In this document: positions 30,600-40,892 of the stretch, piece by piece
How positions within the stretch are numbered: position 1 is the stretch's first letter
How the letters are laid out: every line of letters starts with the position of its first letter
Assembly (NCBI GenBank): GCA_963682135.1
Contig: OY821645.1
Coordinates: forward strand, 1,504,001 to 1,568,000
Length of the DNA: 64,000 nucleotides
Source of the DNA: Methanothrix sp.
Lineage (GTDB): Archaea; Halobacteriota; Methanosarcinia; Methanotrichales; Methanotrichaceae
Reading direction: 5' to 3'
Translations under genes and position numbers: made by a program
The notes under the pieces: model-generated
Database searches by the model: none
What the model was told of the DNA's origin: nothing
The model's input: only the letters and a program-made list of their open reading frames with translations

Positions 30600-32876
30600 T
30601 TATGCCAGTTCGTTGTACCTTTTTCGGTCTTTCAGCTCCTGGCGTTTGGCGCTGTTCCATCCGCTAACTGCCTGGAGGTACCCGGTAATTCGGCTAATGT
30701 GATCCACATCGTCCGACCCACAGCTAGGGCATTTATCTTCCAATCCACCAGAGACCTGAGAACAGCCCAGGCATACAGTCATATCCCTGCTGAAGGTGAA
30801 GTAGCCGATCTGAGTTTCTCTGGCCAGGCGCATTCCAAAGTCCATCAGTCCCCGGGGGTCAGGAGTAGCTTCACCCATGAAGATATGGAATATGTTGCCG
30901 CCATCGACGATGGGGAAGAAGACATGTTCGAGTTTTGCCCTTTCAAATATGGTCACATCTGCGCTGGGAGGCAGGTGAGTGCCGTTGGTGTAATAGACGG
31001 GCAGATCGCGCGTCTTATGTACGTTCTTTTTTACGGCAGCCAGGTCGCCCTTGACGACCTTCTCAGCACAATCTCGATACTCCTCGTGGATGAGGTCGGA
31101 TACAGCGAAGCGCTGGGCGGTGGTTTCCGCAGGTGTACGCGCCAGGGCAATGGTCATGCCGTGCTGCAAAGAGAGTTTTTTGGCGTAGATTTCCATCTCA
31201 GTCATGGCCCGCACGGCCAGCTTCCAGGCCTCCTTGGACTCATGCATCTGCTTTCCAGTGTGGAACGCCACCATCTCGTTGACGCCCACCACGCCGATGG
31301 TATAGACCAGCCCCTCCAGGCCCACGGCAACGCAGCCTTTCTCGCCCGACTGCGGGTCGCGCGGCTGCTGGGTGGCAAAGGGCATGCGATGGTTCTTGAT
31401 GATCTGGTTCATCCACTCGCGCTTGACTTTAAAGATCTCAACCGATGTGTCCATCAACTCTCGCAGATATTCGAAGAGCAGCTCATCGTCGCCCCTCGCC
31501 AGGTAAGCGGCGCGAGGACAGTTGAGAGATACTACCTGCCAGGAGCCCATGGAGAAGTGCTTGCCATCTTTGAAGTACAGCTTGTCCTCAAACTGGTTGT
31601 CGCTGTCATAAGTGGCAGCAAATTGATACGCGCAGCATTGATAGCATGATATCCCCTCCCCTGCACCGCGGTAAGCAGGAAGCTGGTTGTCGAAGTATGG
31701 CGTGCCGTACTCGGCGGCCAGCTTAAAGGTTAGTAGGTAGAGCTGCTGGTAGGTGGGCAGATCCGGATGGGCGGCATTGAAGTCCTCGTCTTCCTTCATG
31801 AAGTCCGGCTCGATGCTGATCTCTGGCTTGGGGAAGTTGAAGGGCTTGCCCCAGTAGTCGCCGGCCAGCATGACCTCCATGAGGGCTTTGAAGGCTAAAC
31901 GGACCTCGCGCTCGAATTGGCCGTAGGTCTTCAGCGGAGCCTCGGGCGACGAGCCGTTCCAGACTTTTCCTGCATAAACGGCAGGCTTATCCCGCCACAG
32001 TTTGGGAACTCCCGGCGTGAGCTGCACCGAGGAGAAAACGAGCTGACCGCCCCGAGCGACCATCATCTGTGTCATCTCGTAGACGAACATCTGCATGAGC
32101 TGAAGAATCTCATCGTAGTTCTTGCTCTCAAAGTAGGGGGCGATGAATGTGAGGAAGTTGTAGAAGCCCTGCCCTCCTGCGAAATTGGTCTGGGCGCTTC
32201 CCAGGGCTTTTACAGCGTGCAGCATGGCCACTTCCGGCTTCTTGGCTGGACCCGCGACGCTGGCTTTGGTGCCGAGACCATCGGGCATCAGGCCGTAGTA
32301 CAAGAAATAGCGCAGATCCCAATCCTGACAGAATGGTCTTGTTCCAAAATATTCCAGGTCGTGTATGTGCAGGTCTCCGGCCAGATGGCGATCGGCGAGA
32401 TGGGGCGGCAGCAGCAACAGGTATTGCTCCTTGCTGATCTTGTCAGCCTTCTTCTTGTGGCTGGTCTCGGCATTTTCCTGGAGGTTGGCATTCTCCTTGG
32501 ACTCAAAGCCCGTGCCGATATCGATGAGGTGGGCATCGAAGACAGGAGTCCCGACGCGAGTGCAGATGTTGCGCCACTCCGTGTGGTGCCTCTCCAGGAG
32601 GACCACATTCATGATCTCGCGCACGAGCGGGCCGCTGAGGTACTGGACGTTCATCCACCGCACCCGGCGCTCTACCTCTTTAGCGATATCCTGGGCCTCT
32701 TCCGCGGTTATGCCCGGCTCTTTGTAAAATTGTTCAGATAGCTTCGTCTCCTTGAGCAGCTGCTTGGCTATGGCTTCTCTATCCCAGTCCAGCAGATGGC
32801 CGTCTGTGGTCCTAACTCTAGGCATGGCAGAGACAGCCAGGCCTTCCAGGGTCTGCTGCACAATTCTACTGCTCAA
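30600..32876 (-). CDS. nrdD: Anaerobic (class III) ribonucleoside-triphosphate reductase with ATP cone
   Basis: HIHDLEY, YQCCAY, TPAETT, YYTNG, CxxC...CPSCG, RITGY glycyl-radical loop. Confidence 0.97.
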   Translation of the reverse strand: MSSRIVQQTLEGLAVSAMPRVRTTDGHLLDWDREAIAKQLLKETKLSEQFYKEPGITAEEAQDIAKEVERRVRWMNVQYLSGPLVREIMNVVLLERHHTEWRNICTRVGTPVFDAHLIDIGTGFESKENANLQENAETSHKKKADKISKEQYLLLLPPHLADRHLAGDLHIHDLEYFGTRPFCQDWDLRYFLYYGLMPDGLGTKASVAGPAKKPEVAMLHAVKALGSAQTNFAGGQGFYNFLTFIAPYFESKNYDEILQLMQMFVYEMTQMMVARGGQLVFSSVQLTPGVPKLWRDKPAVYAGKVWNGSSPEAPLKTYGQFEREVRLAFKALMEVMLAGDYWGKPFNFPKPEISIEPDFMKEDEDFNAAHPDLPTYQQLYLLTFKLAAEYGTPYFDNQLPAYRGAGEGISCYQCCAYQFAATYDSDNQFEDKLYFKDGKHFSMGSWQVVSLNCPRAAYLARGDDELLFEYLRELMDTSVEIFKVKREWMNQIIKNHRMPFATQQPRDPQSGEKGCVAVGLEGLVYTIGVVGVNEMVAFHTGKQMHESKEAWKLAVRAMTEMEIYAKKLSLQHGMTIALARTPAETTAQRFAVSDLIHEEYRDCAEKVVKGDLAAVKKNVHKTRDLPVYYTNGTHLPPSADVTIFERAKLEHVFFPIVDGGNIFHIFMGEATPDPRGLMDFGMRLARETQIGYFTFSRDMTVCLGCSQVSGGLEDKCPSCGSDDVDHISRITGYLQAVSGWNSAKRQELKDRKRYNELA

Positions 32877-33198
32877 AGCCCATCCCCTCTACCATAACGC
32901 AACATAACTCATCATCTCGGCAATCAACTTATTACACCAGTATTTCATCATGGGTTTATTCGGGTTTCGCTCCGAACTCTATCAAAATCTTTTAGCAATT
33001 ATGTTCCATCTAATTAATAAAGGACGCGATTGATGATCTGCGTTCCAGGCTATAATTAAGAGATCCGTGTGGGGCGAAAGTGTTTTCGAAGCAGATAGCT
33101 TCCTGGATAAATTGCTCCATGGGAGTGCAAAAGCTGGATTAGTGGGATTCAAAGGTGCGAAAATTTCTACTTCAAAATATGTCTATATAAAAAAGTAA

Positions 33199-33825
33199 TT
33201 ACTTAATTATAGCCTCCAGCCTCTTATTGACCTCTTCCCAGTTCACAATGTTCCAGAAGGCCTCCACGAACTTTGGCCTCTCGTTCTTGTAGTCGAGATA
33301 GTAGGCATGCTCCCAGACATCCAGGACCATGAGGATGCGAAGGTGGGGGTAGACGTTCACATTATGCTTCTCGATCTGCATGATCAGCAGCCTGCCGGTC
33401 ATGCCGCACCTGGCCAGCGCCGCCCAGCCCGAGCCTTCCGCGCTGGCAGCCGCCGCAGAAAACTCCTTCTTGAAGCGCTCGAAGGATCCGAACTCATTCT
33501 TCAGAGCTTCTGCCAGAACTCCGCCCGGCTCCTTGCCGGCCTTTGCCGCCGGTGCCAGATTTCGCCAGAAGAGGTCGTGCAGAACATGCCCACCTACCTG
33601 GAAGGACAGCTCCTTCAGGGTGGCCTTCATGTCCACATCTGCTCCCGCCTGGCGGGCCTTATCCAGCTTCTCCAGTATGGCGTTGGCGGCGTTCACGTAG
33701 GCAGCGTGGTGCTTATCATGATGCAAGCGCAGCTGTGCCTCTGAGATAAATGGCTCAAGCGCATTGTAGGCATAGGGCAGCGGTGGCAAGGAATACATTT
33801 TCTTATCCGACATAGTTGACATCAC
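33199..33825 (-). CDS. sod: Fe/Mn superoxide dismutase
   Basis: [33 protein letters not shown]. Confidence 0.97.
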   Translation of the reverse strand: MMSTMSDKKMYSLPPLPYAYNALEPFISEAQLRLHHDKHHAAYVNAANAILEKLDKARQAGADVDMKATLKELSFQVGGHVLHDLFWRNLAPAAKAGKEPGGVLAEALKNEFGSFERFKKEFSAAAASAEGSGWAALARCGMTGRLLIMQIEKHNVNVYPHLRILMVLDVWEHAYYLDYKNERPKFVEAFWNIVNWEEVNKRLEAIIK

Positions 33826-33932
33826 CTTGAGAATAACGATATGTCAAGGTGGGCTGACTATTTATCTTTTCTTCTACGATGTTTGAGACATACAAAAGAT
33901 TATTAAGGGTTTACGTGATAATTTAGTTCAGG

Positions 33933-36563
33933 ATGTCCATCAATATGAGGTCTGCCTTTGGAGTCTTTTTGGTTTTAATGCTTGTGTTTTTAAATATTGC
34001 TGCATCGTCTGCTGCCCTGGAGAGCACTCCCAAGAATATTCTCATTCTTGCCTCTTATCATCCCGGCATGGCCTGGGAGGACAGCATTATCTCTGAGATT
34101 AGGCTACACTTCGCGATGAACATGCCATCCGCGATTTTTTCTGTGGCATATATGGACACAAAACGGATTGCCGCCGATGATGGACGTTTTGCCGATCTGG
34201 AGGCGCTTTACCAAAATAAGTATAAAGATCAGCCTTTTGACCTCATCATCTCAGTGGATACAGATGCATTCCACTTCCTGCAGAAAAATAGAGATGACCT
34301 CTTTCCTGGGACGCCTGTAGTCTTTTGCGGCGTGGTGTACTTTGACGAGAAGATGCTGAGCGGAAAAAGCGGCTTTACCGGCGTTGTGGAAGCATATGAT
34401 ATCGAAAGCACAATCTCGTTGATGCTCAGTCTTCATCCCCAAACCAAGCACATTGCCATAGTAAAAGATCAGACCGCAACTGGCCAGTCCGCTCGAAAGG
34501 TTCTGGATGAGATCATCCCTCGTTTCGAGAAGAATGTCTCTTTCCAATATCTCGACAACCTCACCGTTGATGAGCTTCGCCAAAGCCTGGCCCTTCTATC
34601 CAATGACAGTCTCATCCTGCTTATGACCCTTAACCGCGACCGATCAGGGCTTTTCCTGACTTACGAGGACGCAGCCCAGTTGATCCTGGAAGCAAGCCCG
34701 GTTCCATTTTACAGCATCTACGATTTCTACCTGGGCTACGGCGTCGTTGGGGGAAAGATGATCCGCGGATATTTCCAGGGCGATGAGGCGGCAGAGATTG
34801 CCCTTCGCATCCTGCGAGGCGAATCCGCTGACAAGATTCCTGTGATGAGGGAGAGCCTCAATCGCTATATGTTTGATAATTTTGTTCTGACTCGTTTCAA
34901 CATATCTCCCGACCGCCTGCCACCGGGCAGCATCATCATCAATCAACCCTTCCAGGCGCGGGCTTATCTTGTGAATGAGAATCTCAGCTACCTGGAATTA
35001 AGCAAAAAAGATCTCAGCCAGTCCGATCTGCAGAAGTCGGATATGATAAGCACAAATCTGAGTCATTCCAATCTCATGCGGTCTAATCTATCCAATGCCC
35101 GGTTGGTGGAGGGCAACCTCAGCTATGCCAATTTGGAGGAGGCTGACCTGCATGGCTCCAACTTATCTCTGGCCGAGATCAGAGGTGCCAACCTCGTAGG
35201 GGCCAATATGATTGGATCAAATCTGGGCGGTGCTGACATGGGCGGGTCCAATCTCGATCAAGCTCGCATCAGTGGATCGATTCTCAGGGGAGCAAACCTC
35301 AGTGGCTGCCGATTGGAGGCCACAAACCTTAGCCTATCCGAGATGAGCGGTGCGCAATTCGTGGGCGCCTTCATGAATCGCGTCCGGCTCCGTGGTGCGA
35401 AACTGGTAGGTTCGAATCTTACAAGATCAAGTCTGGTCGGAGCCAATATCATTGATGCCGATTTATCCCATGCATACCTGGATGGTTCTGATATCTCCGA
35501 GTCTCGCATGGCAGGCGCGAATTTATCCGGTGCCAGGCTAAATAATATAAGGTCGATTTTCACCAATTTGACCCACTCAAATCTCAGCGGAGCAGACCTA
35601 TCCGGTTCGAGCTTCCTGGCATCAGGTCTATCGAGTTCCGACATATCCGATGCGAATTTATCGGGGTGCAATCTTGAAAACGCCTGGATCTACCAGTCTA
35701 ACCTTGTCGGGGCCAGGCTGAAAGGCGCAAGGCTCGCGGGATCTCAAATGAACGACTCCGATCTTTCCGGCTGCGATCTGAGTGAATCGGACCTGACGGG
35801 CGCTTATCTCAATAGTGCTAATCTCACCAAAGCCGATTTGAGCCAGGCAAGGCTCATCGGAGCAGATTTCACACTTGCTAAACTAAAGAATGCCTCTCTG
35901 AGCAAGACGAGCTTTCTTGGAGCAAAACTCAATTGGGTAGATATGAGTGAGAGTCGGCTGCAAAGCTGCCAATTTGCGAGGGCAGAGCTGTTTGGTGCCG
36001 ATCTCAGTCGATCAGACCTGAGCGGATCTGACTTTACCAGAGCATATCTCACCAGAGCCAATCTATCTGGCTGTATATTTGGCAAATGCATACTGGATTA
36101 TGCAGATATGTCCTACGCAAATTTGTCGGGGGCAGATCTCAGAGGTATTCATTTCTTGAATAATCAAATGAACTATGCAGACTTTTCGGGTGCCGATCTT
36201 AGGAATGCTACATTTTACGCTCTAAATGCAGAAGGTTTGATCTTCCATAAAGCAGTGCTCAGTTCGGCCATAATGGATGGAATGCTCCTGAGCGAGGTGG
36301 ATTTCAGCAAGGCAGACTTGAGGGATATTACAATCAGCAAGGCTACCCTGGAGAACATCAACCTATCCGGCTCAGATATGCGAGGGGCTAACCTAACAAC
36401 CGTATATCTAGTAGGCGTCGATCTGAGTGGTGCCAATATGCAAGGAATCAAGTACGATAAGATAACGCTTCCATTCATTGCAGCATCCAATCTGAGCGGC
36501 ACGAAAATGAGCCTGAACATGCAAAAAGATATTGAAGAACTGTCATTGGAAAGAGGCTTGTGA
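33933..36563 (+). CDS. Exported substrate-binding-type sensor domain fused to about 500 aa of pentapeptide repeats
   Basis: Signal peptide; ILILASYH, PVVFCGV, FTGVVE, GVVGG, PPGSIIINQP; then A(N/D)LSG repeats to the C-terminus. Confidence 0.8.
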   Translation: MSINMRSAFGVFLVLMLVFLNIAASSAALESTPKNILILASYHPGMAWEDSIISEIRLHFAMNMPSAIFSVAYMDTKRIAADDGRFADLEALYQNKYKDQPFDLIISVDTDAFHFLQKNRDDLFPGTPVVFCGVVYFDEKMLSGKSGFTGVVEAYDIESTISLMLSLHPQTKHIAIVKDQTATGQSARKVLDEIIPRFEKNVSFQYLDNLTVDELRQSLALLSNDSLILLMTLNRDRSGLFLTYEDAAQLILEASPVPFYSIYDFYLGYGVVGGKMIRGYFQGDEAAEIALRILRGESADKIPVMRESLNRYMFDNFVLTRFNISPDRLPPGSIIINQPFQARAYLVNENLSYLELSKKDLSQSDLQKSDMISTNLSHSNLMRSNLSNARLVEGNLSYANLEEADLHGSNLSLAEIRGANLVGANMIGSNLGGADMGGSNLDQARISGSILRGANLSGCRLEATNLSLSEMSGAQFVGAFMNRVRLRGAKLVGSNLTRSSLVGANIIDADLSHAYLDGSDISESRMAGANLSGARLNNIRSIFTNLTHSNLSGADLSGSSFLASGLSSSDISDANLSGCNLENAWIYQSNLVGARLKGARLAGSQMNDSDLSGCDLSESDLTGAYLNSANLTKADLSQARLIGADFTLAKLKNASLSKTSFLGAKLNWVDMSESRLQSCQFARAELFGADLSRSDLSGSDFTRAYLTRANLSGCIFGKCILDYADMSYANLSGADLRGIHFLNNQMNYADFSGADLRNATFYALNAEGLIFHKAVLSSAIMDGMLLSEVDFSKADLRDITISKATLENINLSGSDMRGANLTTVYLVGVDLSGANMQGIKYDKITLPFIAASNLSGTKMSLNMQKDIEELSLERGL

Positions 36564-36587
36564 ATATTCTGGTTCAGAGGTGATATC

Positions 36588-36875
36588 ATGTTTTTTGTTG
36601 GCGCCATCCGTCTCATGTCCATTCTGTTCCTTGGGATGATTGCATCAATGGCCCTTGTATGCAGCGCCGCTACTGATTATCAGGGCCTTTTGGACCTGTC
36701 CAGTGCTAACGAAGATGTGCGAATTAATGCACAGGATCTGGCCTTCTTGCTTGTCACCCACAATTTTGATGCCACGCCAAGAGGCGACCATGTTGATGTC
36801 AAGATCAATGGCTCTATTTACAGGATGACGCCCAATGCCGACAAGGCCGGTCTGGCCGACATAGAGCTTGTATAA
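36588..36875 (+). CDS. Small secreted hypothetical protein
   Basis: GAGGTG RBS; signal peptide; DLAFLLVTHNFDATP. Confidence 0.65.
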   Translation: MFFVGAIRLMSILFLGMIASMALVCSAATDYQGLLDLSSANEDVRINAQDLAFLLVTHNFDATPRGDHVDVKINGSIYRMTPNADKAGLADIELV

Positions 36876-36951
36876 TTGGGCCGCTCTTTCTGACATGCGG
36901 CCCCGTCTGGCGGTGCCAAGGATTGCCGGGAAATACATCTTAATTATCTTT

Positions 36952-37797
36952 TTATGTTTTTGCCAGGCTATCTTTGATCGGCAACTGTATCTCAGTCAAA
37001 AGCTCCTCTGGGGCTGTCTTGCAGGGATCGCTCAGATAGAGCTCTCTGCCCGGTCCGGCAAACTCCATCCCATTTTTTATCATATGCTCATAGATATCCT
37101 TGTAGGTCAGGATGAGAGTGTCATAGCTTCCTTTGTGCACGACCGCCAGGACCCGGGCAGGAGGAAGATTCTTGACTTCCATACCCTCGTCTACTTCTAT
37201 CCTTCCGGTTATGGGTATGGCCACCTCTATATCGGCATCCTTTTCCTTATATTCCAGGTCGTGGTAAATCGCCATGCAAGGCCCGCTCATCTTCACGAGA
37301 TTTTTCTGGTTAACCGGACGGAAAAGCATTTCGCACAGCTCTCCAATGAAGCGACCGATGGTTTCGCCATAGCTTCCTTTATCTCTCTTGCTTACCACCC
37401 GCAGGGCGGGCACATCTTTGATAACCGGCTCACTTAATGCCATCTTTATCAGCTCCTTATCGCTCTGTTTGAGCAGGGCCTCGATCCTTTGCAGCCTGGC
37501 GATTTCGCCCCGGGTCCGGCTGAGATGTTTTTCTCTCAGCGCCTGCAAGGCATCCCTATCACCTTTCGCCTCAGCGTCGAGGTAGCTGGCTATCTCTTCC
37601 AGGGATATGCCCAAAGAGCATAATGTCTTTACTCGGACACCCCTCTCCAACTGGTCTGCTGTGTAGTAGCGGTAGCCGGTTAATGTGTCTTTAGCTGCCG
37701 GTACCAGCAGCCCCAACCGGTCGTAGTAGCGCAGGGCCTTGGGAGTGATTCTTGTAATAATTGAGAACCTGGTGATGGGAATCTGATCGACGGTCAT
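36952..37797 (-). CDS. MerR-family regulator with GyrI-like effector domain
   Basis: KALRYYDRLGLLVP...TGYRYY; HKGSY; RELYL; TEIQLPI. Confidence 0.92.
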   Translation of the reverse strand: MTVDQIPITRFSIITRITPKALRYYDRLGLLVPAAKDTLTGYRYYTADQLERGVRVKTLCSLGISLEEIASYLDAEAKGDRDALQALREKHLSRTRGEIARLQRIEALLKQSDKELIKMALSEPVIKDVPALRVVSKRDKGSYGETIGRFIGELCEMLFRPVNQKNLVKMSGPCMAIYHDLEYKEKDADIEVAIPITGRIEVDEGMEVKNLPPARVLAVVHKGSYDTLILTYKDIYEHMIKNGMEFAGPGRELYLSDPCKTAPEELLTEIQLPIKDSLAKT

Positions 37798-37899
37798 GGC
37801 TCACATTCAAGGAGATCGTTCTCATTTGTAAGGGCATGCAGTCTAACGCGGGGAAAGGTTTGGAGGAGATATCGGATAAGTCCTTGACGATGTTGCGCG

Positions 37900-38090
37900 C
37901 AGGATTGCCTTTGTAGTGATTTTGTTTGTACCCGCTGCGGTTCCTCAGCCGATGCAGACTACAACGCGGCTCTGAATATCAGAGCAAGGGTAGAAGCCAA
38001 CCTGCCCATCGTAGCGCGAATTTTTGCGCAGCTACAAGCCCCCAATATCGGCGGTGCTCATGCCCGCCAATTCATTGGTGGGTAGTTGAC
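37900..38090 (+). mobile_element. IS200/IS605-family remnant: tnpB 3' fragment plus right end
   Basis: Frame FVCTRCGSSADADYNAALNIRARVEANLPIVA (TnpB Zn-ribbon and RuvC-III); hairpins gtagcgcgaa-ttt-ttgcgcagctac and cccgccaa-ttca-ttggtggg followed by tagttgac. Confidence 0.8.
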
Positions 38091-38470
38091 CAGAGGACAA
38101 GGTAGACTGTGTCTCCTTCCCTCTTGCCTTTGAGAAGCTGGCAGTGGCGAAGGATGGCGAACTGGTTCTCCAGCTCCGGGGCAGGCAACTTAAAGTTCTC
38201 CATCAGCTCCGCTCTGGTGGCCTTGCCCTTCTCCCGGATGTACTCGTAGATCTCCTTTTGCAAATCCGTGAGTCCATCCGTTCCTTCCAGGCCGTGGCTC
38301 GTTCTGAATATCTTCTTTGACCTCTCTCCCCAGGGATCGCAGACGCGAATTCGGTGACCGACATCGATGTAGCAGTCTTCGCATAGGGTCTTGCCTTCCG
38401 TGGTGAAGACCTCATCCTCTGATATCGTCTTGCCACAATTTTGACACTTTATGCCTTCCAGCATCTTCAT
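38072..38470 (-). CDS. Zinc-finger plus winged-HTH hypothetical protein
   Basis: CQNC...CEDC...CDPWG; LTDLQKEIYEYIREKG. Confidence 0.75.
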   Translation of the reverse strand: MKMLEGIKCQNCGKTISEDEVFTTEGKTLCEDCYIDVGHRIRVCDPWGERSKKIFRTSHGLEGTDGLTDLQKEIYEYIREKGKATRAELMENFKLPAPELENQFAILRHCQLLKGKREGDTVYLVLWSTTHQ

Positions 38471-38501
38471 CTACCTCTTTACCGTCCGAAATTTATCATT
38501 C

Positions 38502-38804
38502 CTAATCATCCAGCAGGGCTGCAGCCGCGTTGAAACCCGAGCCCATGCGCACTAAACCGGCAACTGCCGCTGCCTCCAGTATCTCTTCCCGGCAGGCTCC
38601 TAGCTTTCGGGCCGTTTCCTTGTGCCTCTGAATACAGCGCTCGCATCTGACTGCAACAGAGCAGGCCAGGGCAATTAAGGCCTTGTCCTTTGCGGTGAGT
38701 GCTCCATCCTTCAGTATCAAGGAGACGAGATTCTTGAAAGCAGAGTCCACTTCTTCGCCTACGGCCTGTGTGAACTCTTCTGTCGTTCTTTTTTGTTCAG
38801 CCAT
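38502..38804 (-). CDS. Carboxymuconolactone decarboxylase/AhpD-like protein
   Basis: [28 protein letters not shown]. Confidence 0.88.
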   Translation of the reverse strand: MAEQKRTTEEFTQAVGEEVDSAFKNLVSLILKDGALTAKDKALIALACSVAVRCERCIQRHKETARKLGACREEILEAAAVAGLVRMGSGFNAAAALLDD

Positions 38805-38846
38805 TCATGAAAACCTTCTAATAGATAGAAGCTATTACGGAAAATT

Positions 38847-39554
38847 ATGAGGGCATGCTTAATATTAATACTAATCCCAATTCTGGTCCTGGGGTATGCA
38901 GATGCCACCAAGATAACAGTGGGGCCGAAGGATGCGGATTATTCGCATATTCAGCAGGCAATTGACAATTCCAGCCAGGGGGATATCATTGAGGTGCAGA
39001 GTGGACTTTATCGCGAGAACGTTTATGTCTATAAGACTCTCACCCTACAGGGCATCGATGCAGGCAGTGGTCTTCCAGTTGTGGATGCTGGTGGGTCGGG
39101 AAGCGTCATCAGCATAACATCCAACGATACGACTATTAGGGGTTTTAACATAACCGGTTCGGGCGGTTGCGGTTGCGGCAATGCCGGAATAAAGGTTCAA
39201 TCCAGTAATAATATTGTGCAAGGCAATATCATTCATAAGAATAAATATGGGATTTATGTCCAATCAGGCTGTGTAAACAACACCTTCCTTTCCAACGACC
39301 TGCTGGAGAATGAGATATCTGTAAGCGATAGTGGCACCAACAATCGATGGAATGGGAGCGCGCCAAATGCTGGATTGCAGAGCCTCCTGGCGATGATAAG
39401 CGGTTCGCAGATTGTAGGAAACCATTACAGCGATTACGATGAAGCGTCGGAGGGCTGTAATGATACCAATCAGGACAAAATCTGCGACCAGCCGAGGATG
39501 ATTGGAAGCGGTCCCGGCAAGGATGACTATCCCTCCGTCTCCTCCGAGAATTGA
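38847..39554 (+). CDS. Secreted NosD/CASH beta-helix protein
   Basis: Signal peptide; YSHIQQAID, GDIIEVQSGLYRENV, PVVDAGGSGS, GNHYSD. Confidence 0.85.
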   Translation: MRACLILILIPILVLGYADATKITVGPKDADYSHIQQAIDNSSQGDIIEVQSGLYRENVYVYKTLTLQGIDAGSGLPVVDAGGSGSVISITSNDTTIRGFNITGSGGCGCGNAGIKVQSSNNIVQGNIIHKNKYGIYVQSGCVNNTFLSNDLLENEISVSDSGTNNRWNGSAPNAGLQSLLAMISGSQIVGNHYSDYDEASEGCNDTNQDKICDQPRMIGSGPGKDDYPSVSSEN

Positions 39555-40066
39555 TGCCAGAAGGATGGATGAAAATGGACTTTACCACCGCCCCCGTCTC
39601 GAAAGAGGATGGAGTAGCCGTAATTGACATTTTCAACTATTACGTGGAGAATAGCTTTGCCGCTTATCCGGAGGATCCGGTTGCTTACCAGTTCTTTGAT
39701 CTCTTCCTGAATATGTCTGCAGGCTATCCTTTCCTGGTGGCCAAAGACGGCGAAGGAAATGTGCTGGGCTTTGCATTGCTCCGCCCGCATAGCCCCATGC
39801 CCGTCTTTTCCAGGGCGGCAGAGATAACCTGCTTCATCTCCCCCCAGCACATAGGAAAGGGGATAGGAAAAGCAATGCAAGAGCGACTCGTGCATGAGGC
39901 CAGGGAGAAGGGCATGACAACCATTCTGGCAGGCATCTCCTCCCTCAACTCGGCAAGCCTTGCCTTTCACAAGAAGCGCGGCTTTCAGGAGTGTGGACGC
40001 TTCCAGAAGATCGGCCGAAAATGGGGCCAGGATTTCGATGTGGTCTGGATGCAGAAGATGATCTGA
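39551..40066 (+). CDS. GNAT acetyltransferase (phosphinothricin-acetyltransferase-like)
   Basis: IFNYYV, GKGIG, NSASLAFHKKRGF, KIGRKWG. Confidence 0.88.
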   Translation: MMPEGWMKMDFTTAPVSKEDGVAVIDIFNYYVENSFAAYPEDPVAYQFFDLFLNMSAGYPFLVAKDGEGNVLGFALLRPHSPMPVFSRAAEITCFISPQHIGKGIGKAMQERLVHEAREKGMTTILAGISSLNSASLAFHKKRGFQECGRFQKIGRKWGQDFDVVWMQKMI

Positions 40067-40144
40067 AACTTGGATGATGATGAATCTAAAGAATCATCCT
40101 CTCTGCGTTGTTTTTATATCCTCTTGATGCTCTTTGCTAATAGA

Positions 40145-40792
40145 ATGCTCGATTTGACTGATTGCAGTCCAGGCAAGTGGTCATCCGTCCACTCTTCCAT
40201 CGAATTTTCCGGCGTGCTGACCCCGGAGGACTCGGCAAGAAAAAGCGGGTTCTGCCGAAAGCTGTGCCGCCTCTTCGACCGGCTGCAAGAGGGTTTCGAT
40301 CGCCTGGGGGCGGCGGAGAAGGCGAGATGCGGCATGGATGGTGTGGCAGCAGAAGTCTTTTTGCAGATCGATCTGGAAAATAGGAAAATCGTGCTGGATA
40401 AGCTCTTTAAATACTGTGAGATGGATTTTCATCTATTCACAGAGCTTCTGGAGATACTGCAGCTCTATTTTCCCAATTGCGATCTGGTAGTCCCCTCTCT
40501 GCAGGGATATGAGCTGGCCAGGGAGATCCGCCAATTTCTCGGTGTGCCCGAGGTGGAGTGTGTCTTCCTGAAAGGGGATAGCGAGGAGCGGCTGCTCATG
40601 GGCGAGGCTCTTCTGGGGCTGAGCTTCGATGACATCCTGAAGGATACGCAGAGGCACTACGAGGAGCGGGGTGGTGTGGAGAAGAAGAGTCAGATACTGG
40701 GGCAGGGCAGAGAGCTTCCCATGTACTGGCAGGGGATGGAAGGGGAGGAATCAGTCTTGTGGATACAGGTGAGAATTGAATTGTCGAGATAA
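40145..40792 (+). CDS. Hypothetical protein
   Basis: Long open frame with coding-like composition; start taken at MLDLTD; no family recognised. Confidence 0.6.
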   Translation: MLDLTDCSPGKWSSVHSSIEFSGVLTPEDSARKSGFCRKLCRLFDRLQEGFDRLGAAEKARCGMDGVAAEVFLQIDLENRKIVLDKLFKYCEMDFHLFTELLEILQLYFPNCDLVVPSLQGYELAREIRQFLGVPEVECVFLKGDSEERLLMGEALLGLSFDDILKDTQRHYEERGGVEKKSQILGQGRELPMYWQGMEGEESVLWIQVRIELSR

Positions 40793-40892
40793 GTTGTTTG
40801 ACATTCTCGCTCACATCTCAAAATAGGACTACAGGCTCTTTGGAGATGAGAAAGGCTAAATGCAATAAGATAGTTCTAGAAGAAGATCCGAG

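Noticed and set aside
34960-36500. Repetitive DNA as a CRISPR or non-coding array
   Set aside because: The periodicity is degenerate 15-nt pentapeptide coding inside an open frame; there are no identical repeats with spacers and no cas genes
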